Assembly: GCA_963696385.1 (NCBI GenBank)
Contig: CAVOKF010000008.1
Span: 384,001 to 448,000 of the forward strand
Source: an uncultured delta proteobacterium
GTDB taxonomy: Bacteria; Myxococcota_A; Polyangia; Polyangiales; Polyangiaceae
Direction of reading: 5' to 3'
DNA length: 64,000 bases
Part shown: positions 44,038-53,905 of the stretch, piece after piece
Layout: each line of letters starts with the position of its first letter
How positions within the stretch are numbered: the first letter of the stretch is position 1
Made by a program: the position numbers and the translations under genes
Notes under the pieces: generated by a model
What the model was told of the DNA's origin: nothing
What the model saw: the letters and a program-made list of their open reading frames with translations, nothing else
Database searches by the model: none

Positions 44038-47000
44038 CTACTGGATGGGTCCGTAGCCAAAGAAGAGAGTGAGCTGCCGCACGACGTCGAGGTTCGAAGC
44101 ATACGCCGTGAGCATCGTGGCCGCGTATTGAGCGCTCTGTGCGGTATTGGGGATCGAGTTGCCCTGGGCGTCCACCGCGTACGTGAGCTCGCCCGACACG
44201 GGGTCGGGGGTGCCCACCACCTGGTAGGCGATCTGAGCGAGCGTGTTGGCGTATTGGATCATGCGCGCGCCGATGGTCTTGGCGACGTCGAAGCCGATGG
44301 CCGGATTCACGACTTCCGTTCCGTAGTTTTTTGCGACGTACTCGATGCCCGTGAGCGGGTCCCGGTAGGCCACCAACTGATCGGTCGGGATCGACAGAGT
44401 CGCGGCGTCCCCGGGTGAGAAGATGCGCATCTGATCGATGAGATTCATCGTCAACGTCGTCGGCCCGAACCAGAAGAGGGAGATGAGCGCCGGGTACTGC
44501 TGCTCCCAACCCACCAGCGGGTCGAGCAGCACGGATCCGGCCGGGTAGGCCAGCGACGTCGTCGTCGTGTCGGTCGGATCGTATTTGTCCCACGGAAGGT
44601 ATTGAACCGGGGTGAGCGCACCGGGGGTGGTCGCGGGCATCGCGTACGGCGCGAGCGTGAAGATTTGAGCCACGGTGCCGCTGTCCATCACTTGCGTCGC
44701 ACTCTGGTTGGCCATCAGGTTGGCGAACAAACGTCGTATTTGATTCGGATAGACCGACGCAAAGTTCAGGTTCTTGTAGCGCCCGTCGACGTAGTCGTCC
44801 TCGGAATTCAGAATGAACTGGTTGTAGGCCTCGGTCATGTACATGGGAGCCAGGACTTTCTCGTAGTAGCTCCCGACCTGCGATTGGTAATAAGCCCACC
44901 AGTAGCCTTGGGTGTAGTCGTAGTTGTTCTCGATGTATCGGCCCTGCCCGTTTCCGAGCGCGACGTTGATCAGACTGGTGGGGGTCGTCAGCGAGTTCGC
45001 GTCGCCGATTTGCCACTCGCCCCCCCACGCGTTCGGCGGGCCGCCGGTTGCCGGCGTCCCCGCCGGAGTGACGACGTAGGCTCCCGGCGCCGGCCGCGTC
45101 ATGGCGCGGACGAACAGGGCAAGGCCGTCGTCGCCGGCCATCGCCAGGGGCATGAGCGCTCCCGGGTCGCTCATCGCAGCGGCACCGTCGAGCTCCGCTC
45201 CGAATGCGAGGGTCTTGACGAGCTGTTGGACCTTGTCGAAATACCGAGACTCGATGCGTTTGACGACCGCGTCCGTGTTGAAGAGGACCAGATCGCGTCG
45301 AAAATTGTTGAAGATGTACCGGTTCTCGTAGGTCGAGATGAAAAACTGCATCTGTTCGTACGAGTCGGCGCCCGCATCGAACCGAAACAGAGGCACGTTG
45401 CCGGCGTCCGCGTACTCGTCCCCTCCAAACATGTACGGGTGCCGGACCCGACCTGCAAACGACGGATTCGCCTGCTGCCGCGCTTTGGGCAGTCCGCTGT
45501 CCACCGCGAAATTCGCCACGAGATCCGGCCGAATGGCCGTGACGGCAGGCGAGTACTTGTCGACGGTCAGCATGTCGCGGGTGGCCACGTAGTCGAGGTC
45601 GGGCCCGCTGCACTGCTGAGCCAGCGGGTCGCTCGGATCGCCGGTCCAACCGGGCCGGGGCGTGCAGGTGCCGAGAATCGGGTACTTGTCGGCGTACGTG
45701 CTGTAGTGATTGCCGCCGATCGAATTGCCGAAGACCCCGTTGAATCCGTCGAGAGCCAGAAGGTAGTCGAGACCGCCCCGGCCGCCCTCGGCGACGCCGC
45801 TGGCTTCGGTGTACGTCATGTTGGTTTCGACGTCGCAGAGGTCGGCGTACGCGAACCGCATCGCCGCCTTGTCGTACGACCCAATGTCGTTCATGTCTTG
45901 GGTCTGGTCGCCCGGGTAGTCCATGACGCTCGTCGAGCCCCACTTCCAGATGAAGTCGTTGCCTTCCTGGGCCGTGACCGGATCCACCCATCGCGGTCCC
46001 ACGCACGTGCCCCCGCTCGCCTGAGGCGTCGTGGCGTCGAGCGTGCCCGGGTACCCGCAATAGTGCTCGGTGCCGTTTTGCGTCCGAAGCTGCCAGTATT
46101 CGGTGTGGTAGTTGAGCGCGTCGAAGCTTCCGGCGAAGTTGTGGCGAAGCCCCATCGAATGGCCCATCTCGTGGGCGATGACCGAGAGGTGAAGCTGTTG
46201 GCGGATCCAGGCGTAAAGCGCCGCATCCCGCTGGGCGTTCGCCGCCGCGCTCCCGGAGGTCGGCGCCGGGAAAAGCATTTGCGCCTGCCGAGCGAGACCC
46301 ACGAGCGAGTCCGGCTCCGGAACGCCGTCGTCGATGCTCATGTCCTTCTGGAGCAGCGCGGTGTTGATGACGCCGTTGCTCCATTTGCGAAGCTGGGGAT
46401 CCAGGCCCTGCAGCGGAGAGGCCAGCGCCACGGTGCTCGGAGATCCGGCGATCGGCTCCTGGGGGTTGAACCCGGCCCATTGAAGCACGTCGGGGGTGAC
46501 GAGCTGCGTTTCCCACGTCGAGCCGATGAGCTGCCCGCGAATCGACTCGAACTGAGAGTCCATCGTCGGGCCCAGAGCGCTCAGGTTCGTGGCCGCCACC
46601 TGGCGCCGGATCGGAAGCGGTAGGTTGTTCGAGGGCGTCTGTTGCGCCAAAAGCCGCAGTGCGTTGCCGTTGACTCCGGACAAGGCCGGCGACGACGTCA
46701 CGGCGCCTGCGGCCGTCAGGCCGTTCTGCTGGGCCATGGATGTGTCGATCGAATTGATGCGCGACGCGATCTCGGCCGTGGACAACACCGAGGGCGAGTA
46801 CTGAGCCAGTCCCATCTGGCTGCCCGAAGCCCATTGACTGAGGTACTGGCCGTTGGCGATCTGCTGGTTATTGATCTCTCCGTTGAGCCAGCGAATGAGA
46901 TCTTCGATGCTCTGCGAAGCGGTGTCGAGGACAGCGATCCACTCGTTGATGCTCGACTGGACCTTTTCGCCCGTGAGCGGGTCGTCGAAGTCGACGTCGA

Positions 47001-48645
47001 TGCCCCACGCCGACGGGAGCTGGGGGTTCGCGATGAGATCCACCACGTTGTAGCGCAGGTCTCCGAGGCGAACCGCCAGGCCCGCGGCGCCGCACGCCGG
47101 GCTGTCGCCTTGGACGACCGGATTGTGGCAGAGGACGAAAATGTCCGGGACCGTCAATCCATTCTGCTGATCGGCGAGCAGCTGGGCTTCGGTGGTCAGA
47201 ACCTCGGTGACCGGCGCGGCGCCATTCGGCTCGACGACGACCGGCGCGCCCACGCGATTCGCCTCGACGACCTTGCCGAGCTGCACGGCTCGCTTGACGG
47301 CGATGTTCCACGAATTCAGCGCTTGCGACGTCGTCGCGAACAGATCGGGGTCCGCGGTCGGACCGATGTAAAACGGCGTCGTCTTGGTGGATCTGAGGTA
47401 AAGCGGGATGTCGCATTTGTTGGTGAATTCGTCGCACCGCGAACCCGGATTCACGACGTCGCCGGCCGAGTCCTTGAACTCGCACTCGTCTTCCGTCCCG
47501 TCTTGGTCGGTATCGCGGTGGACGTTGGCGCCGACGGCGCTCTTGGTGAAAGGTTGACCGGCAGGGTCCGCAATCGGCAGTCCGGTCGCCGAGTCGAACA
47601 CGTAGTTGCCGCTGGCGTCGACCTGGTAGTTTTGCACGTTGCCGTTCGCATCGCGCCACGCGTCGATCGCGCACTGCGTCCCGGAGATGTGGCTCTGTTG
47701 CCAGATGTTGTACCGGGTGACGAAGCGGTTCCAATTCTGGTCCAGGATGCCGTAGTTTTGGGTGTAGCCGAATCGGTCGACGCTGAAGAACCCGAAGGCG
47801 TCCATCTTGGTTCCGTCCCAATTTTCGGGCTCGTAGTCGTCGTCGACCACTTTTTTGAACGAAAGGCGGATCGTGACTTCGGCCGGGTCGCAGGTGATGG
47901 CCGGATAACTGCCGAAAAGCCAGCACACCGGGAGATTTCCATAGGGCGTGTTGACGATCTGCGGATTGGCCGTGAGCATCGTCGTCACGTCGAAGTAGCC
48001 CTCTTCCGCATTGAAGACCGGGGCGTTCGGATCGCTCGGGTCCTCGATGTAATACGACACGGGGCTATACGTCAGGCCGTCGAGGGCGGCGCCCACGGAA
48101 AAAAGGTCGAAGTCGTAGGCATCGGTCACCAGGTTCTTCGACCAGTCCACGCGGAAGTACTGCCGTTCGTACCATGGACGATCCGTCGTGTTCTCCACGA
48201 TGACATTGAGCTGCTCGCCGGTCTGCAAATTGTAATCGTGAATGATGTCGAATTGGCTCTCGATGTTGAACTCCGCGACAATCTGGCCGTCGGTCGTGCT
48301 CGTGGCGCCGTTGTAGCCGCTGTTCGCAATGCGGTCGTAGGTCAGGCGAGCTACGAGAAGATTCTCTTGAATCTCCCATTTGACCCGGGCCAGCGACCCG
48401 ATCGCCTGAAACATCGCGAAGTCTTGTCCGAGCCCGTACGGTTCGCCGATGATCCGAGTGCCAAAGTAAAATTCCGGGTCGTCGGCCGGATCGCTCAGGT
48501 TCGGGCCCACGAAGAAACCCTTGTCGAGCGCGCCGGCCTGCACGCGATTGATCGGAGGTCGTGACTCGGCGCAGCTACTCGACAGAGCACACACGGAGCC
48601 GACGAGAACGAAGAAGGCGAGCCACCTCAAGAACTTCAACTTCAT
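44038..48645 (-). CDS. Very large (1535 aa) zinc metalloprotease lipoprotein, metzincin type
   Basis: Signal MKLKFLRWLAFF...LSSSC; HEMGHSMGLRHNF zinc motif and TSVMDYPG Met-turn. Confidence 0.88.
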   Translation of the reverse strand: MKLKFLRWLAFFVLVGSVCALSSSCAESRPPINRVQAGALDKGFFVGPNLSDPADDPEFYFGTRIIGEPYGLGQDFAMFQAIGSLARVKWEIQENLLVARLTYDRIANSGYNGATSTTDGQIVAEFNIESQFDIIHDYNLQTGEQLNVIVENTTDRPWYERQYFRVDWSKNLVTDAYDFDLFSVGAALDGLTYSPVSYYIEDPSDPNAPVFNAEEGYFDVTTMLTANPQIVNTPYGNLPVCWLFGSYPAITCDPAEVTIRLSFKKVVDDDYEPENWDGTKMDAFGFFSVDRFGYTQNYGILDQNWNRFVTRYNIWQQSHISGTQCAIDAWRDANGNVQNYQVDASGNYVFDSATGLPIADPAGQPFTKSAVGANVHRDTDQDGTEDECEFKDSAGDVVNPGSRCDEFTNKCDIPLYLRSTKTTPFYIGPTADPDLFATTSQALNSWNIAVKRAVQLGKVVEANRVGAPVVVEPNGAAPVTEVLTTEAQLLADQQNGLTVPDIFVLCHNPVVQGDSPACGAAGLAVRLGDLRYNVVDLIANPQLPSAWGIDVDFDDPLTGEKVQSSINEWIAVLDTASQSIEDLIRWLNGEINNQQIANGQYLSQWASGSQMGLAQYSPSVLSTAEIASRINSIDTSMAQQNGLTAAGAVTSSPALSGVNGNALRLLAQQTPSNNLPLPIRRQVAATNLSALGPTMDSQFESIRGQLIGSTWETQLVTPDVLQWAGFNPQEPIAGSPSTVALASPLQGLDPQLRKWSNGVINTALLQKDMSIDDGVPEPDSLVGLARQAQMLFPAPTSGSAAANAQRDAALYAWIRQQLHLSVIAHEMGHSMGLRHNFAGSFDALNYHTEYWQLRTQNGTEHYCGYPGTLDATTPQASGGTCVGPRWVDPVTAQEGNDFIWKWGSTSVMDYPGDQTQDMNDIGSYDKAAMRFAYADLCDVETNMTYTEASGVAEGGRGGLDYLLALDGFNGVFGNSIGGNHYSTYADKYPILGTCTPRPGWTGDPSDPLAQQCSGPDLDYVATRDMLTVDKYSPAVTAIRPDLVANFAVDSGLPKARQQANPSFAGRVRHPYMFGGDEYADAGNVPLFRFDAGADSYEQMQFFISTYENRYIFNNFRRDLVLFNTDAVVKRIESRYFDKVQQLVKTLAFGAELDGAAAMSDPGALMPLAMAGDDGLALFVRAMTRPAPGAYVVTPAGTPATGGPPNAWGGEWQIGDANSLTTPTSLINVALGNGQGRYIENNYDYTQGYWWAYYQSQVGSYYEKVLAPMYMTEAYNQFILNSEDDYVDGRYKNLNFASVYPNQIRRLFANLMANQSATQVMDSGTVAQIFTLAPYAMPATTPGALTPVQYLPWDKYDPTDTTTTSLAYPAGSVLLDPLVGWEQQYPALISLFWFGPTTLTMNLIDQMRIFSPGDAATLSIPTDQLVAYRDPLTGIEYVAKNYGTEVVNPAIGFDVAKTIGARMIQYANTLAQIAYQVVGTPDPVSGELTYAVDAQGNSIPNTAQSAQYAATMLTAYASNLDVVRQLTLFFGYGPIQ

Positions 48646-48682
48646 GTTTCCCGATCTCCCTCGAAACCAACCAAGCCGTTGC

Positions 48683-49864
48683 CTACGGGACACTTTGGCC
48701 CACCAGCCGGGCCTCGCGCGCACGCCGCGCCGCTTCGATCGAGTCGCCGACGCGTGCGCGATCCTTGGCGCCACCCATCGATCGCTCCCAGATTTTGTCC
48801 AGGTTCGCCGTCACGTCGACGAAAAGGCACGCATTCGGACTCCAAAACGCGTTGTCCTCGCCGCCGAGGAACGGCGAGCGCAACTGGCCGTTCATGCCGA
48901 CGACGTTGGCGAGGTCGTAGTAGCCGGCGCCCACCGACACCTCGTCCATCAGTTCGTAGTCGACCGACGCCACGATCCAGATGAACTGAGTGAATTGCTC
49001 GTCGTTCACGCGCGAGACGCTGGCCAGGCCCGTCAGTGTACCCACCGAGGAAGGAGGCGGAATGTAGTGCCACTGGTCGATCCAAATGGCGGTCGCGGCG
49101 ACTCCGAGCCGGGGCAGAATCTGCAGGCTCGCGTCCGCGATGGAGAAAAGGGCGTCTTTCGTCAGAGGGTACCCCGTCAACTGATCGGTCAGGGACGCGG
49201 CCCCCGAGTCGGTCTGGGAGAGAAACTGGGGATGGCAGTAGCCGGTCGCGGTGATCGCGCACGTGAACGGGTGAAGGTAGACAAAGCTCAGGCCCAGGCG
49301 GGCCGAGTTGAGCGCGGGCGCGTCATCGCCGCGGAGGGGAATTTTTTGAGACAGAGCCGCGAGACCGCCGAGCGTCACGTAGATGCCCGAGCCTAGGCTC
49401 TGCTGGGACGTGGGCCAGAGCGCGCGAAGCCCGAGTGACCATTTGCTGTTCTTGCCCATGCCGGAATCGGCAAGACGGCGCGAGTAGACGAGATCGGTTC
49501 CGATGTCGCCGAAGACATCCTGGCGATAGTAGGTCGTGTCCTCGCTGTTCGTGAACTCCTTGTAGTAATCGAATCGGGCTTGCACTCTCAGGTTGTCGTT
49601 GAAGTTCCATCGGGGTCGAAAAGACAACCACCAGCCGTAGTACGGAACGTACGAAAGCGGCAGCGAGGGATCGAGACGGATGGTTTGAGTCGACACGGCC
49701 TGGTCGAAGATGAACGTCGACCCGCGGAGTGGATCGCTGCTTTCGGACGGAGCCCGCTGGCCGCGCGCATCGTCCTCCGCATGCGCGAACGGATCGGCGC
49801 GAGCGCCGGAGGTCACGGTCGCGGCAGCGAGGAGCCAAGCCCCGGCGCCCCAGAGACGACTCAA
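48683..49864 (-). CDS. Putative outer-membrane beta-barrel protein
   Basis: Sec signal ending ARA; amphipathic aromatic-rich strands (WLSFRPRWNF, LRVQARFDYYKEF, IVASVDYEL, VSVGAGYY). Confidence 0.65.
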   Translation of the reverse strand: MSRLWGAGAWLLAAATVTSGARADPFAHAEDDARGQRAPSESSDPLRGSTFIFDQAVSTQTIRLDPSLPLSYVPYYGWWLSFRPRWNFNDNLRVQARFDYYKEFTNSEDTTYYRQDVFGDIGTDLVYSRRLADSGMGKNSKWSLGLRALWPTSQQSLGSGIYVTLGGLAALSQKIPLRGDDAPALNSARLGLSFVYLHPFTCAITATGYCHPQFLSQTDSGAASLTDQLTGYPLTKDALFSIADASLQILPRLGVAATAIWIDQWHYIPPPSSVGTLTGLASVSRVNDEQFTQFIWIVASVDYELMDEVSVGAGYYDLANVVGMNGQLRSPFLGGEDNAFWSPNACLFVDVTANLDKIWERSMGGAKDRARVGDSIEAARRAREARLVGQSVP

Positions 49865-50970
49865 GGCTGGCAGTCCGCTCCGACTGCGTCAGACGTGTTG
49901 CAGGCGGAATTCGGCGGGCACATGGCGGAGCCCCCCTCTGCCGTTCCCGCGTCCGCCGTGGGGCAGACGGCGAAACACGATCCTTCGAGACCCGGATTCT
50001 GCGTGGTGAACGCGGCCTCTGTGCCGCCATCGACGCCGGGCAACTCACCGGGTTCGGTCGCGTCGCAGACGTAGCCGGCTGGGCAGGTGGCCGTCGTCGA
50101 TCCCGTGACGCAGAACTGGGTGCAGTAGCCCGCGGTGCCCTGTTCATTCAAGTTGCAATCGCACGGCGCATTGGCCCCCGCCGAGGTGCACGCCGCACCG
50201 GTCGCCAGAGTCGTGCTGACGGTCGTCACACAGATGCCTTCGTTCGTCTGGCAAGAATTGCCAGCCGGGCACTGGGAGTTTTCGGTGCAGCCGCCCCAGC
50301 AATATCCGATGCCGAGGGATGGGAGCGCCTCCGCGCCGGCGTCGGTGTCCACCGTTTCGGCGGGGAAAAAGACAAAGGGCGCACACGTGTCGTTCGTTTG
50401 GCAGGCCTGGGATGTCCCGCTGGAGCTCAGGGGAGCGCCCCCGCCCGCGGTAAACTGACACCACGGCAAACACGTGCCCGGCTGGCTCGAGTTCAGGGCG
50501 CCAACCGGACCGCCCGGGATGCACACGCCGGGCGACGACGCCGACGTCGGGTCGCCGTCGCAAAAATGAAGCGTATTGTCGTTGACGAAGGTGCACTTGC
50601 CGATGCAAACCGGCGTCGGGTAAACGACCACGGAAAAGAGCGAGAGCGAATTGGAGCACGTATTCAGCCCTGGACCGTTGGCCGGCTGGCAGTCGAGATC
50701 GGATTGGCAAACTTTTCCCGTCGTTCCGTCATAAACCATTTTGGAGGAGTTGCTCGACGAGCCGCCGGTGGATGACGAGCCGCTCGACGACGAGCTGCCA
50801 CTGGATGTGGACCCATCGGGATGGACTGTGTAGGCAAGTGCGTCGCTACCGCTATCGGCCGGCTCTTCCTTGCTGCTGCTGCTCCCGCAGCCTCCCGCCA
50901 CGAACGGCACGGGACCGGCGAGGATCGCGTAGGTGATGATCTGTCGTGTACTTTTCGATAATAGCGCCAT
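49861..50970 (-). CDS. Cys-rich lipoprotein
   Basis: Lipobox-like AGGC, Ser-rich linker, 28 further Cys with five CxxxC units. Confidence 0.8.
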   Translation of the reverse strand: MALLSKSTRQIITYAILAGPVPFVAGGCGSSSSKEEPADSGSDALAYTVHPDGSTSSGSSSSSGSSSTGGSSSNSSKMVYDGTTGKVCQSDLDCQPANGPGLNTCSNSLSLFSVVVYPTPVCIGKCTFVNDNTLHFCDGDPTSASSPGVCIPGGPVGALNSSQPGTCLPWCQFTAGGGAPLSSSGTSQACQTNDTCAPFVFFPAETVDTDAGAEALPSLGIGYCWGGCTENSQCPAGNSCQTNEGICVTTVSTTLATGAACTSAGANAPCDCNLNEQGTAGYCTQFCVTGSTTATCPAGYVCDATEPGELPGVDGGTEAAFTTQNPGLEGSCFAVCPTADAGTAEGGSAMCPPNSACNTSDAVGADCQP

Positions 50971-51073
50971 GCGATGCCTCCGGCTGGCCCGACCTTCCGT
51001 CTCGTCCCGAACCGCTTTTAGCGGAACGGGCCCGCAGCTTATACGCAAATGATTGCGCCTAGGGTGCCCGATC

Positions 51074-52447
51074 TCACGCGATTCGGTCCCGACCCGGTCG
51101 ACGCCGGACGCGTTGCGGCAAACGGCGACGCAGGAAATAGCCGATCACGAAAGCCATGGCGCCGATCGACCCGCCCGCCGGGCGACGGGATGCGCCTGCC
51201 GCCACGCTGCACCCTTGACTCGACGAACTCGGAGCCGCCCCGCCGGCGGAACCCACTGCGGTGACGGTCGTGGAGGCTTGGGGGCTCGAAGCCAGTCCCG
51301 GGCCGGCGTCGGCGTCGAAGACACACGTTCCTTGATTGCACTGGTAGCCGACATCGCAGGGGTTATCGGCATTGCAGTTGACACACAAAAAGGTGGCTCC
51401 GTTGTCGTGCGAAATGCAATTGGCCGAGCAGCACTCGGTATCCGTACCGCAGGCCGAGCCGGACGAAAGGCAAGTCGGGGCGGCGGGCTGACCGCCCTCG
51501 GCCGGCACGCCGCCCTCGGCGCCGATGGCCACCGCCCAGGCCGGGGTGGGGTACCCTCCGATCTGCGCGGCTTGAGCGGCCGTGTCGGCGAGCAGGGAAC
51601 CCCACGCCCCGAATTGCGTGTAAATCGAATTCACACACACACTGCCGTCGGCATCCGTCGCGCCGCGCGATAAGACTCCGAAGCTCGTCCAGGTCCCGGC
51701 GTTGAAGCTTCTTTGCTCGAAGGCACCCGAGCCGGAGTCTCCTGAGCAGACTCCGTCGGTCGCTTCGAACTCGTTCGCGGAAATGAATTCGGACGCTCCG
51801 GGGGTCCCCAAACAGTTGGGCACCGTCACATCGTTCGGGACGCACACCAGGTCGATGTCTTCGCGAATCCGTCGAATCCCGGCCGTTTGGCCCGTCGTGT
51901 CCAGGGGAGAGTCGATCCCGTATCCGATGGCCGTGATCGTGGTCGAGTAGAGACTGTGGTCCGTCATGGGAGGGTCGATGACGGGGGTCACGTATTCGGG
52001 CACGCTGATCGGCTGCTGGAGAATCAGCAGGGCGAGGTCATTGCCACAAAACGACGTGGTGCCGGCACCCGAGGGCACGATGATCTGTTCGACCCCGATC
52101 GCTTCGGTCATGTTCAAGTTCGCGAGGTCCGCGACGTTCGTCACCTGCAGTTCGCTCGCCGGGACGGTGTCGCCGAAGGACGATTTGGTACAGTCGATGG
52201 GTTGAGAGATCACCTGCGCAACGCAGTGGCGTGCGGTGGCCACCAGATTGGGCGCCAATAGCGAGCCCGAGCACAGCCCAAAACCCTGCGAAACCTGCTC
52301 GGCCACGGCGACCACGAAGTTGTGTGTGGTATCGGGGGTCCCTCCTTGGATCGGGCTGCTCAGCGACGCCGTTCGTTCGGAGGGCCCTGCCGCGCTGCAA
52401 GCCACGACCGACGCGGCAAGGACAAGGGCAGCGCTTCGCATGGGCAT
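51074..52447 (-). CDS. Trypsin-like S1 serine protease with Cys-rich region and MYXO-CTERM-like tail
   Basis: PIQGG activation site, TARHC, DLALL, GDSGS triad; C-terminal GCSV + hydrophobic stretch + LRRR. Confidence 0.88.
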   Translation of the reverse strand: MPMRSAALVLAASVVACSAAGPSERTASLSSPIQGGTPDTTHNFVVAVAEQVSQGFGLCSGSLLAPNLVATARHCVAQVISQPIDCTKSSFGDTVPASELQVTNVADLANLNMTEAIGVEQIIVPSGAGTTSFCGNDLALLILQQPISVPEYVTPVIDPPMTDHSLYSTTITAIGYGIDSPLDTTGQTAGIRRIREDIDLVCVPNDVTVPNCLGTPGASEFISANEFEATDGVCSGDSGSGAFEQRSFNAGTWTSFGVLSRGATDADGSVCVNSIYTQFGAWGSLLADTAAQAAQIGGYPTPAWAVAIGAEGGVPAEGGQPAAPTCLSSGSACGTDTECCSANCISHDNGATFLCVNCNADNPCDVGYQCNQGTCVFDADAGPGLASSPQASTTVTAVGSAGGAAPSSSSQGCSVAAGASRRPAGGSIGAMAFVIGYFLRRRLPQRVRRRPGRDRIA

Positions 52448-52535
52448 TAGCGTACGCGAGTTTTTGCTGCGGGCGACCGGAAACTCGTATTCCGAGACGG
52501 CAAACGCCCTTCCGAACGAGCGCATCCAGGCCGCG

Positions 52536-53684
52536 TCAATGCGCGGTGGCCGGCATGGCGGGGCACGCAATCATCGCATCGCCCCCGAGCGCCACGTCGT
52601 CGATCCACATGTCGACGACGGCGGTCGTCGCTTGATAATTGGCCCAGCCGAGGCGAACCGCGCCGAACGTCGGGGCCGTCCATACGGTACTGGCGGGCCC
52701 TTCGGTGCATCCCCCGCCGGTGTTGACCACCTTCGCCTGTAATTGTCCGCCAATATAGAATTCGATCGTGTTCGCCGAGCCGTCGAAAACCCATTGCCAA
52801 CACGTCCACATGTCATGGGGCATGGGATTGCTCGGATGATCGTAGCAATCATTGGGCTGGTAATTGAGCAGGATGGTGCCCATGCCCCCAATCCTGTACT
52901 GAGGCGTCATGGTGGTCCCGGGGTCCCCCTGAATGTTGTCGTAGTGGACGCCGGCCGCCGGCAAGTTGGTCATGTAGACCATCATGCGGCCCCAGAGCTG
53001 ATCCTGGGCGACGGGAAAGAGCGGGGCGCCCGTGCGCGCCATTTGCGCGGTGTTGTTGGCGCCCGCATTGATATTGAACTTGACGGCTTGTTTGCCGCTG
53101 TAGACGTGGGTCGAGTCGATCATCAGCGTGGCGTTGGCCATGGTGAGGACCCACGGAGCCAGGTTCGTGGGCGACGTGTAACTCTCGAAGTCATCGCACA
53201 CGACCGCGTCTCCGCACGCCGATTGCAAAGAACCGTCGGAGCTCGCCGCGACCTCGGCATCCGACGGATTGCCGGCGGTCCCGGAGCCGTCGCTCCCCGC
53301 GTCGTTTGCCGACGCGCTGCCGCCGTCGCCCGGCCCGGTCGCCGTCCCTCCACTTCCGCTGTCAGCCGGTCCGCCCGTGCTGCTGGATGAGGCGGACGAC
53401 GGGTTGGCGCCCGAGTCTTGACCGTACCCCGACGCCCCCGGTCCGCTGAGCCCCGAGCCGGAGCCGCTGCTCGTCGCCCCCGATTGCCCGCTCAACCCCG
53501 ACCCGGGGGTCCCCGTCGACGTAGCCCCGGAATCCGTGGCTGCGGTGCCCGACGTCGATGAGACAGCTGAGCTGCAAGCGGAGAGGGACGCTACCCCCAC
53601 CCAGGCTAGCCGCGACCAACCTACATGAGCCCATGCGTGCCCGAGCGTCGAAAGCACAGTGTAGTTGGGCGGGAAAATTCTCAC
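52536..53684 (-). CDS. Lipoprotein with Ser/Gly linker and Cip1/polysaccharide-lyase-like beta-jelly-roll domain
   Basis: AAGGAG SD before GTG 53684; LSAC lipobox; CDDFES...YSGKQAVK...WGRMMVY...WTCWQW...MWIDDVAL. Confidence 0.7.
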   Translation of the reverse strand: MRIFPPNYTVLSTLGHAWAHVGWSRLAWVGVASLSACSSAVSSTSGTAATDSGATSTGTPGSGLSGQSGATSSGSGSGLSGPGASGYGQDSGANPSSASSSSTGGPADSGSGGTATGPGDGGSASANDAGSDGSGTAGNPSDAEVAASSDGSLQSACGDAVVCDDFESYTSPTNLAPWVLTMANATLMIDSTHVYSGKQAVKFNINAGANNTAQMARTGAPLFPVAQDQLWGRMMVYMTNLPAAGVHYDNIQGDPGTTMTPQYRIGGMGTILLNYQPNDCYDHPSNPMPHDMWTCWQWVFDGSANTIEFYIGGQLQAKVVNTGGGCTEGPASTVWTAPTFGAVRLGWANYQATTAVVDMWIDDVALGGDAMIACPAMPATAH

Positions 53685-53905
53685 CGGCGTCTCCTTGGGG
53701 TGCAACACGCCCTGCGCAATGCGCGCGTTGAGATCGTTAAGAGAGGTGGCCGATGCCAAACGGCTCACCGAACGCCCAGGCGAATGCCACCGTCGCCGAC
53801 ATCGGTGATGCGAGTGACCCAACGTCCGCCCTCCGCGCCGCCCGCCGACGGCGACCGGCCTCCGAGCGCCGAACGCGCCCGGTCCGGTAGGCCGGAGCCT
53901 TTGGG

